The notes under the pieces are model-generated. The model was not told the DNA's origin. It worked only from the letters and a program-made list of their open reading frames with translations, and did not search any database. Of a DNA stretch of 64,000 nucleotides, positions 33,988-40,878 are shown piece by piece; position 1 is the stretch's first letter, and each line of letters starts with the position of its first letter. The translations under genes were made by a program, and so were the position numbers. Source of the stretch: Burkholderiales bacterium (GTDB lineage Bacteria; Pseudomonadota; Gammaproteobacteria; Burkholderiales; WYBJ01); assembly GCA_020848435.1 (NCBI GenBank), contig JADLAC010000037.1, positions 2,551-66,550 on the forward strand, given 5' to 3'.

Positions 33988-34827
33988 TCAGGCGGTGCGG
34001 CTTCGATCGAGCTCGTCGAGAAACTCCAGCATCGCGGCGCTGCATTGCTCCGGCAGCATGAACGCTATGCCCTGACCGAAGCCCTCGAAGAGCTTCAAGC
34101 GCGCATTCGGAATGCGGGCTTGCATCGCGAGCATGGCGTCCTTGGTCGCTATCGCGCTCTGAGTGCCGGCCATGATGAGCACGGGCTGCGCGATCCTGCT
34201 CAATTCCGGATAGAGATTGCCGGCGGCAAACATGTCGTGATGCCCGATCGCGACGTGCGCCGGCGTCGCATCGTACTCGCGGATCGTCCACTCGACCCAA
34301 CCGGGCGGCACCTTGTCGGCTTGAATGCGGTTCGTCAAGGTCTTGCGCGCCCAGTGACCCAGGCCGTGACGTTCCACCTCGGCCGGCACGAACAGATCAT
34401 TGGTCGCCTGCGGCAATTGGAACGGCGTATTGACCAGCGTCAAGGAGGTGATTCGTTCGGGGTGCGCGAGCGCGACCGCCAAGCCCACGATTCCCCCCGA
34501 AGCTTCCGCACCCCAATGGACCTGCGCGATGCCGAGGGCATCGAGCAGTCCCACGGCGTCGGCGACCAGCATGTCGAGCGTGAACGCCGAACCGGGGGGC
34601 GGCACCGTCGTGCGGCCGCAGCCACGCGCGTCGAATCGAAGGACGCGATAGTCGCGTGCGAGCTGCGGCACCCACGGCCGCCAATAATCGAGATTGCGCG
34701 CGAATCCATGGTGCAACAGGATCGTGCGCGGCTCGTGCCAGGGCGCGGTGAAATCGGCGATGTCGTAATTGATGTCGAGGTCGGCGACGCGCACGGTGCG
34801 CGGCGCAATGGCAGGCTGGATTGACAT
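33988..34827 (-). CDS. Alpha/beta-fold hydrolase
   Basis: 279 aa from ATG 34827. ...RTILLHHGFARNLDYW...RVLRFDARGCGRT...HWGAEASGGIVGLAVALAHPERITSLTLVNTP... It lies 99 nt upstream of a Bug gene on the same strand. Confidence 0.8.
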   Translation of the reverse strand: MSIQPAIAPRTVRVADLDINYDIADFTAPWHEPRTILLHHGFARNLDYWRPWVPQLARDYRVLRFDARGCGRTTVPPPGSAFTLDMLVADAVGLLDALGIAQVHWGAEASGGIVGLAVALAHPERITSLTLVNTPFQLPQATNDLFVPAEVERHGLGHWARKTLTNRIQADKVPPGWVEWTIREYDATPAHVAIGHHDMFAAGNLYPELSRIAQPVLIMAGTQSAIATKDAMLAMQARIPNARLKLFEGFGQGIAFMLPEQCSAAMLEFLDELDRSRTA

Positions 34828-34915
34828 GGTCGGTGATCCTGCATGGAAGCGTCGGCCGAGGTTAGCATCTATGCTAAGTTGCGTGCTCGGCACGGACGAG
34901 ACGAGAGACAGCACG

Positions 34916-35989
34916 ATGCGCACGCATGACGGAAGGTCTTCACTTGGCAGAGCGCCTTGCCTGCGGGCGTCGTGGGCGCAATGCAGCGCGCGAAATCAAG
35001 TCCGACCCACCCCCGGCTGGATCGCCGGCACAGCCGCTTCGATCGGTCTCGCGTGCGCGCTCGCCACGCCGTACGCAGCAGTGGCGCAAGCCTTCCCGGT
35101 CAAGCCGGTGCGAATCGTGGTGCCGTACCCGGCCGGCGGCCCGACCGACATCATCTCGCGTCTGCTCGCCAAACCGCTCGCCGAGCGCTGGGCGCAACCC
35201 GTGCTCATCGACAACCGCGGCGGCGCGGGCGGGATCATCGGTACCCAGGCGGTCGCGAAATCACCGCCCGATGGCTATACGCTGCTTTGGGGCACCGGCG
35301 GCACGCACGCGATCAATCCCGCCCTGTATCGCAAGCTGCCCTACCATCCACAGAGGGACTTCGCGCCCATCACGCTGGTCGCGCTCGGTACCAACGTGCT
35401 CGTGGTGCATCCGAGCGTACCGGCGGCGTCGGTCGGCGCGTTGATCAAGCTCGCGCGCTCCCAACCGGGCAAGCTCAACTTCGCCTCCTCGGGCAACGGC
35501 GCAACCTCTCATCTGGCCGGCGAGCTGTTGCGCATACTCGCCAAGGTCGATACCGTGCACGTGCCCTTCAAGGGTGCCGCGCCGGCCATCGTCGCGCTCG
35601 CCGGCGGCGAGGTCGATTTCGCGATTCTCGACTTGCCCGCCCTGCTGCCGCATATCCGCGCCGGACGCCTGCGCGCGCTCGGTGTCGCCAATCGCAAGCG
35701 CTTTGCCGGGCTGGCGGACGTGCCGACCCTGATCGAGTCCGGATTGCCGGAATTCGAAGCGAGCTCCTGGCACGGGCTATGGGCCCCGGCAGGGACGCCG
35801 GCCGGCGTGGTCGAGGCATTGAACGTTGCGCTCAGCGCCGTGATCAAGACGCCCCACATCGGCGAACAGATGGTCGCAATGGGTCAGGAAATCGTGGGCA
35901 ATGCGGTTGAGGATTTCGAGCGCTTCCTTCGCGCCGAAACGAGCAAATGGGCGCGGGTGGTGGCGCAAGCGGGCGCCCGCGTCGATTGA
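34916..35989 (+). CDS. Bug/TctC-family periplasmic solute-binding protein (unusually long N-terminal leader)
   Basis: ...IAGTAASIGLACALATPYAAVAQAFPVKPVRIVVPYPAGGPTD, DNRGGAGG, PDGYTLLW, HVPFKG. The only in-frame ATG/GTG/TTG upstream of the hydrophobic signal core is ATG 34916, about 34 residues before it. Confidence 0.8.
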   Translation: MRTHDGRSSLGRAPCLRASWAQCSARNQVRPTPGWIAGTAASIGLACALATPYAAVAQAFPVKPVRIVVPYPAGGPTDIISRLLAKPLAERWAQPVLIDNRGGAGGIIGTQAVAKSPPDGYTLLWGTGGTHAINPALYRKLPYHPQRDFAPITLVALGTNVLVVHPSVPAASVGALIKLARSQPGKLNFASSGNGATSHLAGELLRILAKVDTVHVPFKGAAPAIVALAGGEVDFAILDLPALLPHIRAGRLRALGVANRKRFAGLADVPTLIESGLPEFEASSWHGLWAPAGTPAGVVEALNVALSAVIKTPHIGEQMVAMGQEIVGNAVEDFERFLRAETSKWARVVAQAGARVD

Positions 35990-36138
35990 GCCCATGCTCC
36001 AACGCGCGCTCGGGCTGCGCGCATGCTGCCCGGCGCCCTGGGCGCCAGGCAGCGTCGATCACGCGCGAGCTGCGCGCGCTCATTTCGCCCCCGCCGGGCA
36101 TCCCACGCGATGCCTCCTTCCGACTTGACTGCGCGCGC

Positions 36139-36280
36139 TCAGCTCGCTTTCATTCCGACGGCGCGGATGACCTTCTCGGTTTGAATCAGCTCGCGCCGGA
36201 TCTGTTCGGCGAATTCGCGCGGCGAATTGCCGACGATTCATGTCGGCCTTGGTGAGGATCTTGAACAGCCTCTCACGCTC
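36139..36280 (-). pseudogene. C-terminal remnant of a Bug/TctC-family gene with an internal frameshift
   Basis: My own minus-strand translation gives ...ERERLFKILTKADMN, then after a 1-nt frame change IVGNSPREFAEQIRRELIQTEKVIRAVGMKAS-stop (TGA at 36141-36139). This matches the conserved Bug C-terminus (compare ...RERLSALGSDPEVSTPEQFAAFLKSETDKWARVVKRAGI... at 7778-8770). No N-terminal part exists, because that space is occupied by the plus-strand gene at 36338. Confidence 0.7.
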
Positions 36281-36337
36281 CCCGCGCCGGCGATCATGGC
36301 CTATTATTTGACTCCGCGTCACACGTCGAGCAGCTCC

Positions 36338-37321
36338 ATGGCAGGTGTTCCCTTTGGCCGCGCATTGCGCGTTGCCGCCGGCTGTACATTTATCGCGCTG
36401 AGCACGAGCGCGCCAGCGCAGAGCTTTCCGAGTCGGCCGCTGCGCATGATCGTTCCGTTCGCGCCGGGCGGAGTAGCCGATATCGTGGCCCGTATCGTCG
36501 GCCAGAAGATGGGCGAGTCGTTCGGCCACAGCGTGGTGATCGACAATCGTCCGGGCGCGGGCGGCTCGCTCGCCGGCGAAATCACGGCCAAGGCGAAACC
36601 CGACGGCCACACCGTGCTGCTGTGCAGCTCGAGCGTGGTGGTCATCAACCCGCTGCTCTCGCCGAACATGCAATACGATCCGCAACGCGTGCTGGCGCCG
36701 GTCTCGCTACTGTCCTCCTCGCCCTACGTGCTGCTGGTTCATCCGGGCTCCCCCTTCAAGAACGTGCGCGACCTGATCGGGGCGGCCAAGGCGAAGCCGG
36801 GCGCGCTCAATTTCGGCTCGGCGGGGGTCGGATCCGCCTCGCACCTGGTGGCCGAAATCTTTCGCGCGATGGCCGGCATCCAGATCACCCACGTGCCCTA
36901 CAAAGGCACGGCGCTCGCCTCGAACGACTTGCTCTCCGGCCAGTTGCACATGATGTTCGAGGCGATCTCTGCATCGCTTCCCAACATTCGCGCCGGACGG
37001 CTGCGCCCGCTCGGCATCGCGACCCGCAATCCGTTTCCCCTGACGCCCAACATCCCGACCATCGCCGGCAACGGCGTGCCGGGCTTCGAGGGCACGACCT
37101 GGCAGGGTCTGTGCGCGCCGGCGCCGACGCCGAGCGCCGTGCTGGCGGCGCTAAACCAGGCCGCGGCCCAGGCGGTCAAGTCCGCGGACGTGAGCGAGCG
37201 CTTCGGCGCGCTCGGCGTCGAGGGCGTGGGCACCGGCGCGGAAGAATTCCGCGCCTTCATCAAGGCCGAGCTCGCGCGCTTCGATAAAGCGATCCGCGAT
37301 GCGGGCATCAAGCCCGAATAG
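36338..37321 (+). CDS. Bug/TctC-family periplasmic solute-binding protein
   Basis: 327 aa from ATG 36338 (alternative ATG 36296). MAGVPFGRALRVAAGCTFIALSTSAPAQSFPSRPLRMIVPFAPGGVAD, DNRPGAGG, PDGHTVLL, HVPYKG. Confidence 0.88.
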   Translation: MAGVPFGRALRVAAGCTFIALSTSAPAQSFPSRPLRMIVPFAPGGVADIVARIVGQKMGESFGHSVVIDNRPGAGGSLAGEITAKAKPDGHTVLLCSSSVVVINPLLSPNMQYDPQRVLAPVSLLSSSPYVLLVHPGSPFKNVRDLIGAAKAKPGALNFGSAGVGSASHLVAEIFRAMAGIQITHVPYKGTALASNDLLSGQLHMMFEAISASLPNIRAGRLRPLGIATRNPFPLTPNIPTIAGNGVPGFEGTTWQGLCAPAPTPSAVLAALNQAAAQAVKSADVSERFGALGVEGVGTGAEEFRAFIKAELARFDKAIRDAGIKPE

Positions 37322-37453
37322 CGCGCAGCCCCGACCTGGCCCGAGTGTATTGCCGGGGCGCATGGCGATTGCGGCAACGGCGTGCCGCAGCAGGGCGAGC
37401 CGGCGTTGGCAGATCGGCCGTGCGGCTCCCGTAATGCGAGCGCTCGGCGGCGA

Positions 37454-37897
37454 TCACGCCGCGGCCCGCCGCTTGACCAGGACGGTCTTGTCGTTGCGAA
37501 ACACTTCGTCGCCGTGCTGGTTGTAGACGTGGTCGCGAAACACGACGATGCCGCGATCGGCGCGCGAAGTTTCACGCTTCTCGATCACTTCACACTCGGT
37601 GCGCAGACTGTCGCCTGGGCGCACGCTCGCGAGGAAGCGCGCGTTGTCGATGGCGGCAAGCGCGATCACCGTGTCGGGAAACAGATCGCCCGTCATCGCG
37701 CTTGAAAATGACATGATCAGGTGGCTCGGGCAGATCCGCCCCGGCAGCCCGCGGCCGCGGGCATAGGCGTCGTCGAGAAACAGCGGCACGGTATAACCGG
37801 TCAGGCGGCAGAACGCCTCGTGGTCTGCATCCGAAATGGTGCGGCTACGCGTGGGATAGCGCTTGCCCACGACGAAATCCTCGAAGAAACCGGTCAT
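37454..37897 (-). CDS. MaoC-like hotdog-fold protein lacking the hydratase catalytic motif (probable non-catalytic partner subunit)
   Basis: 147 aa from ATG 37897, which overlaps the RidA stop (ATGA). MTGFFEDFVVGKRYPTRSRTISDADHEAFCRLTGYTVPLFLDDAYA... At the position of the MaoC motif G-D-x-N-P-x-H it reads TGYTVPLFLD, with no Asp or His. Confidence 0.8.
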   Translation of the reverse strand: MTGFFEDFVVGKRYPTRSRTISDADHEAFCRLTGYTVPLFLDDAYARGRGLPGRICPSHLIMSFSSAMTGDLFPDTVIALAAIDNARFLASVRPGDSLRTECEVIEKRETSRADRGIVVFRDHVYNQHGDEVFRNDKTVLVKRRAAA

Positions 37898-38307
37898 GAC
37901 TTTGCCGGCGCCCGCAGCACCGCGATGGCCGAGATCTCGATCAATGCATCCTTCCTCAGCAGCCCGGCCACGATCACCCCCGTGCTCGCCGGAAAACCCT
38001 TGCGGAAGAATTCCCGCCGCACGCGGGCCGTACGATGATAGTTCTGCGTCGTCGTGACGTAGTCGGTGGTCGCGACGATATCGTCGCAGCTCCCGCCGGC
38101 CGCATTCAACAACGCCTCGAACTTGCGAAAGATCTGGCGCGTCTGCGCCTCGATGTCGCCGGGCGCGGTGATGACGCCGTTGTCGTCGGTGCCAGTGGTG
38201 CCGGAGAGATGAATCGTGTTGCCGACCCGCACCGCCGGCACGTAGGTGTACTTCTCGGACCAGGGTTTGCCGCCGTGCAAGGCTTCGCGATCGTCGCTCA
38301 TGCTCAT
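37894..38307 (-). CDS. RidA / YjgF / endoribonuclease L-PSP family protein
   Basis: 137 aa from ATG 38307, which overlaps the upstream stop (ATGA). ...VRVGNTIHLSGTTGTDDNGVITAPGDIEAQTRQIFRKFEALLNAAGGSCDDIVATTDYV...IEISAIAVL... Confidence 0.85.
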   Translation of the reverse strand: MSMSDDREALHGGKPWSEKYTYVPAVRVGNTIHLSGTTGTDDNGVITAPGDIEAQTRQIFRKFEALLNAAGGSCDDIVATTDYVTTTQNYHRTARVRREFFRKGFPASTGVIVAGLLRKDALIEISAIAVLRAPAKS

Positions 38308-38765
38308 CCCTTCGCTTCGACTTCCAGCACGCGGTAGACGTGAAAACCTTCGAGCAGTGTCTCGCCATGCTGGTTGACGAGCTTGGTCTGCACCCGGCAC
38401 AGGAGACGCTTGTCCTCGCGCCAGACGCGTTCGATGGCGAGCTCCGGGGCGAGCGTGTCGCCCACCGCGGCCGGTCGCAGAAAGCGCGAGCCCTGCTCGA
38501 TGAGCACGTAGCCGTCGATGCGCTCGCGCGCGTTGGAAGCGCCGAGGGCGGTGAGCGATGCGAGCAGCAGACCGTGCGCGAGCGGTTTGCCGAAGCGCGT
38601 GCCCTTGGCGTACTCGACGTCGTAGTGGCTGGGGTGCACGTCGCCGGTGACCGCCGAAAACATCAGGAAATGAGCGTCTGTGAGGGTCTTCGACGGGCCG
38701 TGGAAGATCTCGCCTTCGCGCAGCGCTACCGGCGCTTGCGCTACCGGCGCTTGCGCTGCCGTCAT
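38304..38765 (-). CDS. MaoC-like (R)-specific enoyl-CoA hydratase/dehydratase, hotdog fold (catalytic-type motif present)
   Basis: 153 aa. ...LTDAHFLMFSAVTGDVHPSHYDVEYA... carries G-D-x-H-P-x-H at the MaoC hydratase motif position. The N-terminus contains a duplicated AQAPV from a 15-bp tandem duplication (38725-38754). Confidence 0.8.
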   Translation of the reverse strand: MTAAQAPVAQAPVALREGEIFHGPSKTLTDAHFLMFSAVTGDVHPSHYDVEYAKGTRFGKPLAHGLLLASLTALGASNARERIDGYVLIEQGSRFLRPAAVGDTLAPELAIERVWREDKRLLCRVQTKLVNQHGETLLEGFHVYRVLEVEAKG

Positions 38766-39120
38766 GGCGCCACCTCGTCGCGGTGCCGGCGCGGTTGAAT
38801 CGCAAGGCCGTTGTTCGATGCCATGGATCGCATGGCCGATGCCGACCTAGCGCCGACGCGCCGTGTCGTTCGACCGTCATGCGCTGAGCGCCGTGAAAGG
38901 CGCGGGTAGGGCGTGCGCGCTACGCCTGAAAGTCGCATGTCGTCTTCTCCTGTTCGACTGGACGCTCGAATGCTAGGCGCTCGGCCCCGCGCCGGTCAAC
39001 GGTCGGGCTCGCGCCCGAGACGCCGCTCGCACACCTACCGCTTCGGTTGACCGCGGTGATCGATTCGTCAATACTCGATGGCTACCGCGCCATGACAATC
39101 GCTTCCGGGAGAAGTCGCCC

Positions 39121-39435
39121 ATGATGCGCAACCTCGCCATGCTTGCGGTGTCTGTTGCGGCGCTCGTGCTGCCGCAGCAAAGCAGCGCGCAGAGCTATCC
39201 GGCGCGTGCGATCCGCATCATCGTGCCGTTCCCCGCTGCCGGCGTTTCGGATGTGGCGGCGCGGGTGATCGGACAGAAGCTCACCGAGCGCTGGGGCCAG
39301 CAGACAGTGGTCGAGAATCGCACCGGCGCCGGCGGCACCATCGGAACCGAGCTCGCGGCGCGCGCCGAGCCCGACGGTGGGAACAACGCATCAAGCTTGG
39401 TTTTGTTGTCGCCGGATACGGCGACTTCCGAGTAA
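39121..39435 (+). pseudogene. 5'-truncated remnant (N-terminal ~85 codons) of a Bug/TctC-family gene
   Basis: MMRNLAMLAVSVAALVLPQQSSAQSYPARAIRIIVPFPAAGVSD...ENRTGAGGTIGTELAARAEPDG is a normal Bug N-terminus. Homology stops at about 39378, exactly where intact paralogues continue with ...PDGYTLL. The reading frame then runs 18 unrelated codons into an A/T-richer palindromic spacer and stops. Confidence 0.8.
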
Positions 39436-39444
39436 ACGAAGCTT
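39393..39444. repeat. Imperfect palindrome at the truncation point of the Bug remnant
   Basis: AAGCTTGGTTTTGTT-GTCGCC-GGATAC-GGCGAC-TTCCGAGTAAACGAAGCTT. The core hairpin at 39408-39425 has a perfect 6-bp stem. The outer arms both begin with AAGCTT and are partly complementary. The region is noticeably less G+C-rich than its surroundings. Confidence 0.6.
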
Positions 39445-39472
39445 CCGACTCGACCGCGGGGAGCGCACAGCG

Positions 39473-39940
39473 ATGGAGCTCGATCACGATCACTTCATGG
39501 GCATCGCCCTCGATCTCGCGCGCGCGACGGCTGCCGCGGGCAACCGGCCCGTCGGCTCGGTGCTGGTGGCCGCCGATGGTACGTTGCTCGCCTCGGGGGC
39601 AAATCGCATCTTTACGGATTTCGACTCCACGGCCCACGCCGAGATGTTCGTCATCCGCGAGGGCGGACAGAAGCTGCGCACGCTCGACCTGTCGGGCTGT
39701 ACGCTGTACTCCTCGCTCGAGCCCTGCCCGATGTGTTGCTGGGCGACGATCCAGGCCAACGTCAGTTGCCTCGTGCTCGGGGGCCGGCATGCTGCCCTCG
39801 GCTCGCCCGGCCTGGGACGATATTCGGTGGAAACCATGCTCGAATTCACCGGCCGGCGCATGGCGCTCGTCACCGGTATCCGCGCGCAGGAGTGCGAACA
39901 GCTGCGCCGCGCCTGGAATGCGGAGCGCGCGCGGCGCTGA
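39473..39940 (+). CDS. CMP/dCMP-type zinc deaminase (guanine/nucleoside/TadA-like)
   Basis: 155 aa from ATG 39473. ...PVGSVLVAADGTLLASGANR...TAHAEMFVIREG...LYSSLEPCPMCCWA... carries the H-A-E ... P-C-x-x-C zinc site. Confidence 0.85.
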   Translation: MELDHDHFMGIALDLARATAAAGNRPVGSVLVAADGTLLASGANRIFTDFDSTAHAEMFVIREGGQKLRTLDLSGCTLYSSLEPCPMCCWATIQANVSCLVLGGRHAALGSPGLGRYSVETMLEFTGRRMALVTGIRAQECEQLRRAWNAERARR

Positions 39941-39943
39941 TCC

Positions 39944-40004
39944 CTCCGGACCGGGGTCCTCCGGACCGGGGTCGGACCAGGGTCGGGGTCGGACCGGGGT
40001 CGGG
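39944..40004. repeat. Tandem tract of GGACCNGGGTC-type 11-mers directly after the deaminase stop
   Basis: CTCCGGACCGGGGTC appears twice (39944-39958 and 39959-39973), followed by GGACCAGGGTC, GGGGTC, GGACCGGGGTC and GGG. GGACC and GGTCC are mutually complementary. Confidence 0.8.
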
Positions 40005-40055
40005 CGCGCTGCCCACGGCCGCGACGAGTGACCCCGGCGGCGCGACCGGCACGCG

Positions 40056-40079
40056 CTGCAACATGCAAGACCCGACCCC
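40056..40079 (+). repeat. Diverged copy of the dispersed 22-bp repeat
   Basis: CTGCAACATGCAAGACCCGACCCC compares with GTGCAACGTGCAAGACCTGACCCC at 25217. It is intergenic, 136 nt upstream of the gene starting at 40216. Confidence 0.7.
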
Positions 40080-40215
40080 GAAACGTCCATGATGCGGACG
40101 GTGCTGCGCCCCCCGGCGCAGTGCACGAACCCGCGCGCCGCACTAGAATGCGAGGGCGCAGGCACGACCGCGTTCGAGCCGCCTGCGCGTCGAGCATAGC
40201 GAGGGAGAAGCAAGC

Positions 40216-40878
40216 ATGGCCGAGCCCGCAGTCCCCAACGCCTACGGCTACCTCACGCCGCAGGAGGTTCGCTTCCTGGACGCGGCGGTCGAGCGGCTGA
40301 TCCCGACCGACGAGCTCGGTCCGGGCGCCAAGGCGGCCGGCGTGAGCTGCTACATCGATCGCCAGTTGTGCAGCATGTGGGGCACCCACGGGCGCAACTA
40401 CCGTTGCGGCCCTTGGCTCGACGGCACGCCCGAGCAAGGCTTCCAGTCGCGCTTCACGCCGCAGGAGATTTATCGCATCGGCATCCACGAGATCAACGCG
40501 TACTGCCGCGCCAAGCACGACAGGTATTTCGAGTTCCTGTCAGGGTCCGAGCAGGACGACGTCCTGCGCGCCCTCGAAGCGGACCAGGTCGCGCTGCCTT
40601 CGCTCTCCTCGAAGCTGTTCTTCGACCTGCTCTGGCGCAATACCGAGGAAGGCTACTTCGCCGACCCGATGTACGGCGGCAATCGCGACAAGGTGGGATG
40701 GAAGCTGATCGGTTTTCCGGGGGTGGCCTCCGGCGCTTACCGGGATCACATAGACAATCCGCAACCCTACCGGGTCGAGCCGGTGAGCATCCTCGATATC
40801 GAGCTCAGGCAGGCGCAGACCGATGCACAAGGATTCGCCAAGCACGTCATGTTGAACAAGGGCGGGAGCAAGGTATGA
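40216..40878 (+). CDS. Gluconate 2-dehydrogenase subunit 3 (gamma) family protein
   Basis: 220 aa. MAEPAVPNAYGYLTPQEVRFLDAAVERLIPTDELGPGAKAAGV..YIDRQL...FFDLLWRNTEEGYFADPMYGGNRDKVGWKLIGFPG... is the typical family pattern. No twin-arginine leader is visible. The stop overlaps the next start (ATGA). Confidence 0.8.
   Translation: MAEPAVPNAYGYLTPQEVRFLDAAVERLIPTDELGPGAKAAGVSCYIDRQLCSMWGTHGRNYRCGPWLDGTPEQGFQSRFTPQEIYRIGIHEINAYCRAKHDRYFEFLSGSEQDDVLRALEADQVALPSLSSKLFFDLLWRNTEEGYFADPMYGGNRDKVGWKLIGFPGVASGAYRDHIDNPQPYRVEPVSILDIELRQAQTDAQGFAKHVMLNKGGSKV

Noticed and set aside
34916-34933. The same N-terminal peptide (M/V)RTHDG begins the long ORFs at 34916 (plus) and 47742 (minus)
   Set aside because: The flanking DNA is unrelated, and the 47742 start is probably not used (GTG 47613 gives a proper signal peptide). 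I regard it as coincidence.
38725-38754. 15-bp tandem duplication GCTACCGGCGCTTGC x2, encoding AQAPV-AQAPV at the N-terminus of the MaoC-like protein
   Set aside because: It is real but trivial. It is an in-frame slippage duplication in a presumably disordered N-terminal tail, with no evident functional implication.
39944-40079. Possible CRISPR array, because of closely spaced direct repeats
   Set aside because: The units are only 11-15 bp and directly abut each other, with no unique spacers. There are no cas genes. This is a tandem-repeat/REP-like tract, not CRISPR.
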